Below, piece by piece: positions 39,262-50,340 of a stretch of DNA of 64,000 bases; position 1 is the first letter of the stretch, and each line of letters opens with the position of its first letter. The stretch comes from Lama glama (taxonomy: Eukaryota). The position numbers and the translations under genes are program-made. The stretch lies in NCBI GenBank assembly GCA_028534125.1, contig CM052817.1, positions 101,868,001-101,932,000 of the forward strand, read 5' to 3'. The notes under the pieces are model-generated. The model was not told the DNA's origin and searched no databases. It saw only the letters and a list, made by a program, of their open reading frames with translations.

Positions 39262-39595
39262 AGCTGTCTGGGGATTCTGGGTCACAGCAATGATGGGGAC
39301 GCGGGGGCGGTATCTGGCCATCTGGTGAGCAGACCTGCCAGACTTGGTGAGGACAATGATGGCCCGACTGCAGCACTTGAAGGAGGCCTCCACAGCACCC
39401 ATGGTGGCGGCTTCCGTGGGGTGGCTGGTAATGGGAGCCAGGAGGCGGAGCTCCTCTAATAATTGCAAATGGTAGATGGCGCCCTCTGCCTCACGGGCAA
39501 TCAGGTGCTGCCTGCAAACAGCCTCCAGGGGGCAGTCCCCTGTGGCCGTCTCTCCAGACAGTGTGATGCAGTCGGCTCCATCCAACACAGCATTG
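39262..39595 (-). pseudogene. PKM: PKM (M2 isoform) processed pseudogene, 5' part, truncated at about codon 350
   Basis: The minus strand reads [111 protein letters not shown]. This is PKM residues ~350-460 with the M2-specific exon 10 joined without introns. The whole retrocopy is flanked by the TSD TAGGTTT(G/A)TTT(G/A)T at 37204-37216 and 39596-39608. Confidence 0.96.
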
Positions 39596-39704
39596 TAGGT
39601 TTATTTATTTTAATTTTTTAAAAAAATTAATGGAAGTACTGGGGTGTGAACCCAGGACCTCATGCATGCTAAGCACACACTACCACTGAGCTGTACTCCA
39701 CCCC
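39596..39704 (-). mobile_element. Vic-1-type tRNA-derived SINE, 5' body (interrupted by the PKM retrocopy)
   Basis: The minus strand reads GGGGTGGAGTACAGCTCAGTGGTAGTGTGTGCTTAGCATGCATGAGGTCCTGGGTTCACACCCCAGTACTTCCATTAA...AAATAAATAAACCTA, with A/B-box-like motifs. Same family as the SINE at 476-574. Confidence 0.9.
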
Positions 39705-39734
39705 TAAACGTAGCATTTTAAAATGACCGTAAGC

Positions 39735-39960
39735 GTAGCAGAGAGCTTTGGAGCATGGGGAACGGATCCAGAGTGCTCTTGGGTTAAGCTGAGTCCCTTC
39801 ACTTAACAGCATACGATTTTGGTGAATCACTTAATCCGTTAGTGTCGTGGAGAGATAATAATACAACCTGCCTCAGATCCTTCTGAGGATTAAATGAGTT
39901 CATATTAGCAAAACACTTAAAATAGTGCTTGGCCCATAGCAAGCGCATGTTAGGTATAGT
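39735..39960 (+). mobile_element. MIR
   Basis: GAGGATTAAATGAGTT...AAAACACTTAAAATAGTGCTTGGCCCATAGCAAGCGC. Confidence 0.75.
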
Positions 39961-42346
39961 GCTAGTCTGGATTCTTTGTAAATTACTAAAGTTTTCCTTT
40001 TGGGGTCTCAGGTGCAGAGGTTTGAATGAATTTTACTCCTCTGTTCATGGCAAAATCGATAAACATTATGTAAAGCAGCTACTCTATAATTTACAAACTT
40101 AATATTGCCAGATTTTTAGAGGTGTGATTGCTTCAAACAAGGCTGAGCTACACACATAGAATTAAAATATGGCACAGTTTATCTGATTGTTATTTGCTAT
40201 AAAATTCCCCACATAAATCCAGTAATATGGATGGGATATAACTTTTATTAAAAAGGCATTTTATTTCTTTATTTTAAAGTCTTTAATTAACAAGGTATGA
40301 ATTGTAACACGAGTTTTTAATTTAAAAATTTTTTAATTTTTAAAAATTTTTTTGTGTTATTTCTCTAATGTGTTTTTTGGGGGAGGTGGGGAGTGGAATG
40401 TGACTTTCACAAACTATCTGTTTTATCGTTACAATTACCTTTTCTCTCAGCAATATTTTCACGAGACTGTTATTTGGCAAGTCTGGGCTCAGAAGTGCTC
40501 TGTACCATACCTGGTATCTTTAACAGGAGCAGGAATGTTGCATCAAAATCATGAAGGCAAATGACTCTGCAGACAGTAAAGCTTTGGAAATCATGAAGTA
40601 TCAGGATTCCAAATCAGTAAAAGAGCCAAACTCTAGTCAGCAGATATTAAGAATTGGGTTACATTAATAAAATCTGTATCTGGCTAACTGACACTTTCGG
40701 AAGATGATGTTGACTCTGTGATATATCCTGGCATTTGGAGAAGGAACACTGGCTCCTGGTTACATATATGTGAGGTTTCTGGTACTTGCCAAGGGAAAGA
40801 AAGTTCAGAAATGCACATTTAAATGTTAATGATTCTGCAAAGGCTCACAGACCTTCCTCCAAACACGCAGATGAACACCCTCTTTTCTCCAGCCCAGATA
40901 GGCATCTGCCTTATCCTGAGGAAAGGATTGCCCTGGGCTGCAACAAGTCTCGTAAATTTTCAAGGCTGGTTGTTTTCAATTATTAGAAACATCTTTCTAA
41001 TTCTGATCCCTCTGGATAAATAGATACTTTCTTCCAAAGCCAAATTGCAGAATGCTAGAGTCTGAGATGACCGTAGAGGTCCTCTTCACTTCCTGCTTTA
41101 TTCTACAGTTGAGAGAACAGAGGCTCAGAGGGGAAAAGCCTGTCCAAGGTGGTGCAGCCAGCAGCGATGTCAAGATGAGGATCCAGAACAGTTTCCCGAA
41201 AGATCGCCAATCATCATCAACTAAAACAGAGAGGGAATTTTACTTCTGTGAACTGACTTGTGTCCGACTTACTAGTATTATTTGCGGATTCCACTGAATC
41301 AGTAAATCCAAGGGACAGCTCACCAGGAATTGGAGTTGGCAGGAATCGTTCATCAATGCAACCCCAGGACAGACCTGCTGCTATTGGCTGATACTCCAAA
41401 GCCAGCTACGTAACTGACATGGATGGCACTCTGGCTTGTCACCGTGAGGAAGTCTTTGCAAAGAATGGTTAGCTGGGATTTGTCACACTTGTCATCAGAA
41501 CAGAGGGTAAAGATTTTGTTAGGTAAACCCAGTCTGTTTATAGTACCCTCCAGTGTACACAAAAGTCAGTAGTTGGTTATTGGCTTGGACAGATAGTTAT
41601 AAGCAGGAATATATATTTATACAGTTGGCATCAAATCTGGATTGTATTTCCACACCTAAATTTACTCTCAACGCTGACAACAGTGTGATTACTGCAGAGC
41701 TGCTCAGATGCCAACTTTTAATTTTTAAAACTATTCCTATCAGAAGTTTTTAGGCTCTTGATGCGAGGATGCAGGCTGGGATATTGTTGTTAGTTGATCT
41801 TCTAAAGGAAATGCAGCTGAAATGCAAGAGAAGAAAGGTGTCAGTCAAGATCTGAAGTTTTATCTTGTTCCGAACTTGAGCCTAAGGGGAGTAGTTCTGG
41901 ACAAGGCTTTTATAGTTGTTGTTGAAAGTGACTTTTAAACGGTCAGGTCTTGATTATGAAATGCTTTTGACCTATGTTTCCTTGATGCTGCCTTAATTTT
42001 CTATACATCCATGAACGTGCTGTGATCCCCCCAGCCCCACTCTCTCTCTCCATCTGCCCTTTTTTCAGTCCTCCCATATTTCCTTCTACAATCTCCAGGC
42101 TGGATTTCAGGGTAGCGTCATGGGCTTCTGTGGTTCCCGGCCCTGAGGTGCTACAGCATCTGTCCTGCTGCCTGCTTGGGTTTTCCTGTCCCCCCGGGGG
42201 GCCCAGCTCTGCTGCTGTGGGAGGCACGAGGCCCATGGTGAAGTTTTGGAGATACTTCCTGAATCCAACCCTGGGATCACCGTGGGGCCGACTGAGACCA
42301 CCCGCAGAAGCCTTGGCAGGTGATTTCGCACAAGAAAGGCTGCAAG

Positions 42347-42880
42347 TGTTACAGAGTCCAAACTCTGCAGGCCACATGACAGGCCAGTAAATCAGGAGAC
42401 AAGGTGTTGGGGCAAGGAATAACAACTTTATTCAGAAAGCCAGAAGACCAAGAAGATGGCAGACTAATGTCCTGGAGAATCATCTTCCCCAAGTCAGAAT
42501 TCAGGCTTTTTTAATACTAAAAAGGGGAGAGGGTGTGCTTGGTTGTTGCAAACTTCTTGGTGTAGGAGTTCTTTGTTCTTGGAATCCTTCGTTCTTGCAG
42601 CTGTTCACCTGGGTCAGGTCATTGTGTCCCAGTAAAACCTCCAACAAAACAAACGTTATTTTCCATTCTGCAACTTGTTATCTTTATATGAATGGAAAAG
42701 TGTTAATATCCTTAAAGCTTAGAGCCTTGAGAATAGGCTCTCCTGTGTATTTCAGCCTCTAGGCAACATTCTTTTACAAAAGGTGCAGAACCACTAAGAC
42801 TAAGCCTAGGAAACAGAGCACAGGATTAAGGAGAAAGGAACAGATCGAATACAGAGTCAGATTTGTTCTTTTCTATTCTA
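42347..42880 (-). mobile_element. ERV1-class solo LTR
   Basis: Reverse-complement homolog of 59288-59807 along its length. AATAAA on the minus strand (TTTATT at 42427-42432). Probable 4-bp TSD CAAG/CAGG. Confidence 0.85.
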
Positions 42881-44319
42881 CAGGGTCTGGTGGGCAGAAA
42901 GAGCACTGGGCTCAGGGTGAGGGCAGCGGGCTGCTGGCCCTCATTCCGTGTGGTCCTGGGCAGATCACTCAGCCTCTCTGACCATATGTTCCCCCATCTA
43001 TGAAGGGACAAGGTTGGGCCAGGCAATCTCTTAATTCCTTTCCAGTTGCAATGCAATTGACTCAGGAGACACAGTTTGATTCAAGGCGTATCCAATTCCA
43101 CTTAACAAGACTCATGATGGGATTCCTCGCTACATACGCAAAAGAAAATAAAAATCGATACGTGTTTTGAAGTTACAGTAATTGAATGTGACTGCCCTTG
43201 GTGTAATTCCAGCATCAGGGAGCTTATTAAGCATTAATGAAGGAGCAGAATGAGCTGAGGTCTCAATCTGACTTTTCATTTTAAATTGGACCTGGTTAGT
43301 TCATCCTCCACTTACATACCCTGAAATTATCTGATAGCAGCAGAGGATAGTTAGAATCCCATTTCAATCAGTGACTTCCGTGGCAAGTAGGGTTGCACGA
43401 TTCTCTAGTCAGAAGCGTCACTATGGTAACTTGCAGGGGCCCCTGACGCAAACGTCCCCCTGTTCATCCATTGTCAGGAGCTACAATCACCCTTGCTCTC
43501 TATGCTTCAATGAACACATTCACATTGATAGAACTTGTTGGACAAAAAAACCCAATCTGTGGTTAAATCCTAGCGACTGGAGAGAAAAGACAAAAATAAG
43601 TGAGAGCTTTCTTTTATGAAATGTTGAAAAAAAATCAATGCCCTCCAGTTATCTGATTCGTATAAACATCTAAACCAGAACTCGGTGTAGGGACCCACTC
43701 ATGAGTTTCCATCCATGTGGAATGAGTCAAACATACTGTGTGAGGATGTATTAAGTGGAAGAGTTGAAAGCAATTCATTTGCCAAATTTCATACACAAAA
43801 AAAATTAAAACAGATTCACTGTTATCCCTTTAAAATGTTTTTTTTTTCTCTCTCATTGCATGAGAGTGTTTTTAAAAGTCAAGGAACATAGGGGTTAAAT
43901 TACAATCAGGATGCAGGAAACTGCGTTACTTGGGGATCATCCATAAGATAATGTGAACTTATCTGACCTGGCAGGAAAAAAGTTGAAAATCTGCTGAAGT
44001 AAAAGACCCTAGACCGAGCAATCAAGTACTTTTATAAATATATCATTTTCTTTTTGCTGGGATTATTACAAACACACACACACACACGCTTTCCTTCATT
44101 ATGTAAGGTATACACGTTCATTGCAAAGAAAACGAGCATATTGAGGTAAATATAAAAGTAAGCCATATTCCCAAGTGCAATAATAGGAACCCATCTTAAA
44201 GGTTATTGTGATGATTAAATGAGTGAATATAGATGTTACAAAGTGCCTGGCCCAGAGCAAGCACTTCTGTGAGTGTTAGCTAGCATCGTTATCAGATACT
44301 TTGGTCGGTATCCTTCTGA

Positions 44320-45130
44320 TTTCCCTTTCCAACTCTGCCTCCCTCAGTGTTTACTAACTCCGTTAGTGGCATTAATATTATCATTTTTTTAAGTTATTCA
44401 GACCAAAAACTTCATTCCTCTCTCTACCTCATGCTATCGACCCAGTACATTAGACAATCCTGGAAATGCTTCCTTAAATATATACCCAGACTTTTTTTTC
44501 TCACCAACTCCATTACTGCTGCCCTTGTTCAAGCCAGAAGCCTCTTCTGCAGTGGCCGTTGAACTGGTCTTTCTGCTTCCACTCTTGCGCCCCCTATAGA
44601 CTAGTCCTCACACAGCAGCCAGAGTTCTCGTTAAGCCTCTGCCCAAAACCAACCCAGTGGTTTGCAAAAGACCCTGGCCCTTGCTAGCCCACACACTGGC
44701 TTCTTCTCCCACCAGCTCCCAGCCATGGGTCCTTCTCGCTGGGCTTTGAACGTGCCCACCATGCTTTTCTTCAGCATCTAAGTTTGGTGTCATCCGAGGA
44801 GAGCCTGGCACTCCCTCCATCTTCCTGCACAATTCTGTTCAAATGTCGTCTCCTCAGAGAACTCTTCGCGGATCACTCTATGTAAAATCGTCCCCTCCTC
44901 CACACTCCAATTCATTACCCAAGCTTACTTTTATTCATAGCGCTAATCTCTCTCTGACATTATATTTAATATTCATTTGTTTATTAACTTTCACTACCTT
45001 TTAATATTGTAAACTGTATATGGGTGGGACCTCTAGGTGTCTGACTCACTGCTGTCTCCCCAGTGCCTGGAACAGTTCCTGGAGCAGTAAGATCATAGAA
45101 GTGTGTCACAGGTACTTGGTGAATGGATGA
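44320..45130 (+). mobile_element. L2 3' fragment
   Basis: CACACAGCAGCCAGAG...CTGTTCAAATGTCGTCTCCTCAGAGA...CCCCAGTGCCTGGAACAGTTCCTGG...TGAATGGATGAA. Confidence 0.75.
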
Positions 45131-45330
45131 ACGAACATTCTCTGTGTCCACACGTACATTATAAACTTCATCATATGGTACATTGCTTGTGGCCCACTTT
45201 AACATTCTGTATTGCAACCTGTGCATTTTGTCTGTCAGTAAACAGACCTTCATGACACTATTTTGATTGATGGCACAAGAGGTCTTTGTCTGGTGTATGG
45301 ATGTACAATAATTAATTGAAACAATGTTGT

Positions 45331-45397
45331 TTTTTTTACTCTATGTATATATATTTTTATCAAAGTATAATCAGTTTACAGTGTTGTGTCAAGTTCT
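45331..45397 (-). mobile_element. Very short L1 3'-end insertion with TSD
   Basis: AAGTATAATCAGTTTACAGTGTTGTGTCAAGTTCT (antisense L1 terminus). 10-bp TSD ACAATGTTGT at 45321-45330 and 45398-45407. Confidence 0.75.
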
Positions 45398-46864
45398 ACA
45401 ATGTTGTATTAATGGACCTTCAGACTGATTGAGATTTTTTTCCTATAATAAAGCCTACTGACATGAATGTCTTTAGGAATAGCTTTAAATATAGCCACAG
45501 GGTAAGTTATTGGAAAGGGAACGTGACTTCAGATGTCCTCATTTGGGGAATTTTATTATGAAACATATCATCAGATCATCTTTCAGAGCAATTGTTCTGA
45601 TTTTGATCCCACCATCAGTGTGGAGGCAGCCTTTATAAGCCCAGTGTTTGCCATAGAAAGATTCTGGATGCAGAGAAGCAGGGTTGCATTTATTGAACTT
45701 GAATAGCACCCCACAAAAAAGAACTGTACTCAGCAGCATTTAAAATGTTTTGGTGAATGTAAGGATGAAAAATCTGGCAGAGACTGTTTTGAGTTGAAGC
45801 AGAAGTGCCCTTGGGGCCTGTTGATTTGCAGGGCAAGGCAGATCTTAAAGCCAAGCAGCATAGTCATAGTCGGGCAAAACGCCTGGGGAACAAATCATGT
45901 TGTAAAGCCTTCATTTCTGCCCTGAAGTAGGATGCTTAACATCCATGCCCTTCTGGGTAGAAAAACACTCTCCCAGGAAGTACTACAGGTTTTCAAGGAT
46001 TCCAGGAGCAAAGATGGTTGGAAAACATTCTTGAAGACAAGAATAGGCTGTTCAGTGTTGCCTTCATGCCTTTCCTTGTGATACGCTGGCCCCCACTATC
46101 CAAGTTCCCCTTCTGATGTTGTTAAAATGCGAGATGATCAGGGCAGGAATAAATGATTTAGAGAAACTTGCATTTCTGTGGTGCTGCATCTACTGATCTT
46201 GAATAGCCATCCAGCAGAAGTGAGGATGGAGGTGGTCACCCTGCCCCTAGGAAGCTGGCTCCAGGCAGGTCTGGCAGCACCTGATGGTGTGACAGATGCC
46301 CCCCAAGTGTTTAATACCCAGGGTGGAAAACAGAAGCACTCTCTACACTTGACATTTTCTGCAACCTCAAGGTCAGAGAGAAGAAACTGAAAATGTGATG
46401 TTCCAGAGGGCCGGAATTTCCTTCAGAAATTCCCGTGAGCCAGTGGGCAGGAAAGCAAGAAAGCCATGGGGTGGCAGGTCCAGGAAAACCTCACGTATGA
46501 ACTTCCATGGAAAGATACCCCTGTTTCTTCTCTCTGAATTCGATTCTGGGGGACTTGAGCCTTGTTTTTCTTGAGGACGAGGCGGGCACCTGTGTTTCCT
46601 GGCCCCAGGACCACAGTACCCTTCTTGCCCACACTCATTCGTCAGCACACATTCAACTCGCCCTCACTTCAGGCTGCCTTGAACTTGACAATTGTGGCAG
46701 AGAATTAGATTGGTCACCACCCTATTAGGATCAAACACCCTTCCTTAGATATTCTTTCCCCATCTTTCTAGTCCCATGAGTCATAAAGAGAACCAACTCA
46801 GAAATTTCCTGATCAAGAGCAGGCTGTTAATTCTGCTCATGTTACCATGACCTTAAAGCTCTCC

Positions 46865-46943
46865 TGTGTATGCATGACTGGGGCATCATGCTGTACACTA
46901 GAAATGGACGCATTGTAACTAACTGTACTTCAATTAAAAAAAA
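46865..46943 (+). mobile_element. Short camelid-type L1 3' end
   Basis: TATGCATGACTGGGGCATCATGCTGTACACTAGAAATGGACGCATTGTAACTAACTGTACTTCAATTAAAAAAAA, matching 61644-61720. Confidence 0.85.
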
Positions 46944-48449
46944 GAGCAAAGGGAAGCTTTTGAAAACGTTTCGTATTCTACTGTGTTCTTTATGCCAGCT
47001 CTCCAGCACTTAATCCCTACAACAAGTGCTTTGTCCTGGGAATAATTTCAAAATTATTATCATGGAAGCCCCAGAGATAGGCCCTGTGATTCTGACTCCC
47101 ACAAAGACGTGTGGAACCACCAAAGAGAAGCTGCAGGAATGAAATTACTTCTCTAAGATCCTTTGAAGTGCTCCCTTCTGCCTCCCAGGGCTTCTCCCAG
47201 GGCGCTGGTTTCCATGGACTATCCTCTTAGTCTTCAGGAAGACCAACATCACATGCTGGAAAGTTCACTCATTCCATGCTTTTCCAAGGCGCCGAGCAGG
47301 AGACATGCATTAGCTCCAGACCCCCTGCCTCCTGGACCCGCAGGATGGAAACGGGACTCTCCAGGACTCAGGGTGAGGATGCTGGGCTGGGGCGTATGGC
47401 TGTTCCCCCTCGGGGCATCTGATTTTTATCTCCCTGATTTCACAGTTTGCTAATGCCATTTTCAAAATTTCTGTGGACTCCAAAATTGTTTCCATGATTT
47501 CATTGTTTTTTTGTATTAAAGATTTAATTTTGCTATTTTTTTAAGACTGAAATTGTTATTGTCCTGTAATTTAAAATGTGTGACATTTCAGTATTAAAGC
47601 CGGGGTCCAGCTGTAACCTGGTTCTTTGGGTCACTTGAAGGATTGCTGAATGGTTCTCTCTTGTTTGGATGCAGGGTCCTGCCCCTGCAGGAGCTAGACC
47701 CAGGCAGCCCTCTCAGAGGTCACGTGCCCGGCAGGTACAAGGAGGAAGAATCGGGGGCTTGGTTCTGCTGGAAATTCTCCTAGCCTGGTAATCGAGGTGA
47801 GACCTCTTCAGGGTTTTGCCTGTCTCAGTCAGTGGGTCCTGGCTGAGCAAGTCCTGTGTGCCAGGTCCAGTTTACCTGGTACTGGGCCACTAACAGGGGT
47901 AAGGCATGGTCTCTGTGCTCCAGAGGTTCAGAGTGGGGCGTTATATCAGAGGCCGTGGCCGCTCTGCAGCTCTGCCACTTACTGACTTGGTTAAGCCACT
48001 TGACCTGCTGAGCCTCAGTTTTCTCATCTGTAAAATGGCTTCACAAGTATCACCGACTGTTATATCTGTCTGTCCATAGAGTAACAGCAGGTTGCACTCA
48101 CAAATACAGAGAATACCTGCAGTCAAGTTCTTCATCCTTTCGGGACTTAGCCTCTCCCCTGGAAAATCACTTCCTCTATTCCTCACGGCTGTGGTGAGGC
48201 CAGTCACAGTGATCTCTGGGAATCTTCTGCCAGGCCACTAGCATGCAGTGGGTGCTCCATAAGTTCTCCTTCACTGCCCTTCAGACACTTCCTGTGGCCC
48301 AGAGGCCTGATCTGGCACAGAGAGATTAAGGAGATATTTTGCTGGAAGCTGAAGTGCCCTCCCCATTTTGTTTTAATTTTATATTAATTTTCTACACACG
48401 AAACCTCGGGGTTTCCATTAGAATTCTGATTTCTGGCTTCTCTCTTTTA

Positions 48450-50080
48450 ACTATGTTTGCCAAAAGTAATATGTGTCCATAATTTTAAAAAAAGATAGTA
48501 GCACGAGACTTAAAATAGCGGTCCTCTGCCTTCCTGTCCCCAGCCATTCTCCCCAAAGGCAGCCGCTGTCATTTCTTTTAACTTAATTCCTTGGCATTTA
48601 GTCCTATCTTTCTAAACAGTAGAACAATACTGCTACTTCTCATTGCAGTGATTGACTTTCTTATGAAAGACGGAAGCTGGCCTCTCTCACACACACATAC
48701 TCCGCCCCCATCCTCACCGTGCAGTTAACTCACAATCATTTGTTGAATTAGCCCTCAGTGTTTGCATTTTTAGGACAGTGTGAATGTTGCACACATCTGT
48801 GATTCTATTTCCTTTCTTGTACACTATTCTTTTCCCCTGGAGTTCAAATTGTATTATTATTATTATTTTTTAGATCTGCTTAATGTTCCTACACTAATTA
48901 GTTTGCACATTCTTCAGAAGAACATAACTTCAGGAACTGGCTCCCGTTTTTTCCCTCTCCTTGGAGGAGACACTGTTTCTGGAGTACTTCATCTTCCTGC
49001 TCCAACCCAGACTTGAGGACTTTCAAGGCCTATTGCATAGCTACTGACCTGGGTACTCCCTTAAGTGTTAATCAAGGAATTCTTTTCATGTCTGAATATG
49101 GTCTCTTCCTGAGGTTATGCCCTTCATTTTCTGGATACTGTGCATTCCTTTATCTCTGTTTCCTTTCTTGTTTATATGGAACACATCCTCTAGCAGCTTT
49201 CAGACATAAGGTACATAGCAAGTAATCTTTTTCAGATCTTGAATGTCAGAAAATGTTTACTGTATAATTTCATTAAGTTATAGTTTAGATGCTTATAAAA
49301 TTCTAGATTGAAAATATTTTAAAAAGTTAGAATATTGGTAGTAGTGCTCCAGAATCTTCTAGATTTCCAGGTGCTTCTGGAAAATCCAGTGCCAAGCTGA
49401 TTCTTCTCTTTTGGTATAGACTCTGTTATTTCTGTCTGGGATTTCTTAGGACTTTTTCTTCATTCCCAATATTCAGAAATGTCACAGTGGTTTTGCCTTG
49501 GTGTTTTTTTGTTTTGTTTTGTTTTGTTTTGTTTTGTTTTGTTTTGTTTTAAAATTGTTCTCACTCGGTGGCCATTTCAATTCTGGAACTCATGGCCTTT
49601 ATTTCTGGGAAAGTTTCTGGTGTTATCTGATTTTTTACTTCTGTCTATTTTCTTGGTATTCTTTCTGGAACTCCTATTAGTCAGAGACCAGAGCTTCTGA
49701 ACTGATCCTCTATTTTAAAAAATCTTTTTTTTTTATCCTATTTTCCTGTTTGGTATAATTTATTTTTGTTCTATTTCTATTAAGATTTTCTCAACATTAT
49801 CTTTTTTTCCCTACTTATTTTTTTAAAAAATTTGCATTTCTACTTTAAATTCCTGAGAATTCTTTCTTGTTCTCGAAAGTTTCTTTCTTTTCTCTTTAAG
49901 ATAACATCTTACTCTTGTTACTTCTATTCAAAGAGGCAATAATTTCTTTTATCTCTGAAAAGCTTAGGTTGAGGTTTAAGTTTCCTTCTTTCCCAGTCTA
50001 CTGTCTGCTTCATCTTTCTGGTTTGTTAATTTGGTCTGTGTATTTCATGTATCTGATGGTCACTGGCTAACTGGACTGAT
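48450..50080 (-). mobile_element. Degraded old L1M/L1ME fragments with an internal (GTTTT)n tract at about 49505-49550
   Basis: T-rich antisense L1 motifs (TATAAAATTCTAGATTGAAAAT, TTCTTTCTGGAACTCCTATTAGTCAGA). Confidence 0.55.
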
Positions 50081-50104
50081 ATAGATGTGAAGTAGGGTCC
50101 TAAC

Positions 50105-50340
50105 CAGAGGTGTACCTAGCATATTTGACACCTGGATCAGATCAATTCATTTTGCGATGTAGCAGAAATAAATCGATTGTCCCATCTAATTTATTTAATT
50201 GAAATTGTCCTTAGTAAGTAATTGTGTTTATTATATGTATATAAATGTAACATTGACATTTCAGTGAACAGAATGTAAAATTTAAATTAATTTTTTGATA
50301 AGAACAAAATTTCGAAGGTATTTAAAATCAAGTTGTGCCA
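50105..50340. mobile_element. MER97-type hAT-Tip100 DNA transposon fragment
   Basis: Starts CAGAGGTGTACCTAGCATATTTGACACCTGG, resembling the recalled MER97 terminus. Confidence 0.55.

Noticed and set aside
39049..39588. 179-aa minus-strand ORF fusing PKM2 residues to antisense RIMKLA sequence, as a possible new chimeric gene
   Set aside because: It starts at GTG, lacks the first ~350 PKM residues, carries many replacements at conserved sites, and reads through a poly(T) tract. This is best explained as an unbroken pseudogene frame. There is no expression evidence.
39596..39704. SINE Pol III promoter driving the downstream PKM fragment
   Set aside because: The minus strand has a T7 run (plus-strand A run at 39620-39626) between the SINE body and PKM, which would terminate Pol III. 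The B box is also mutated (GGTTCACACCC).
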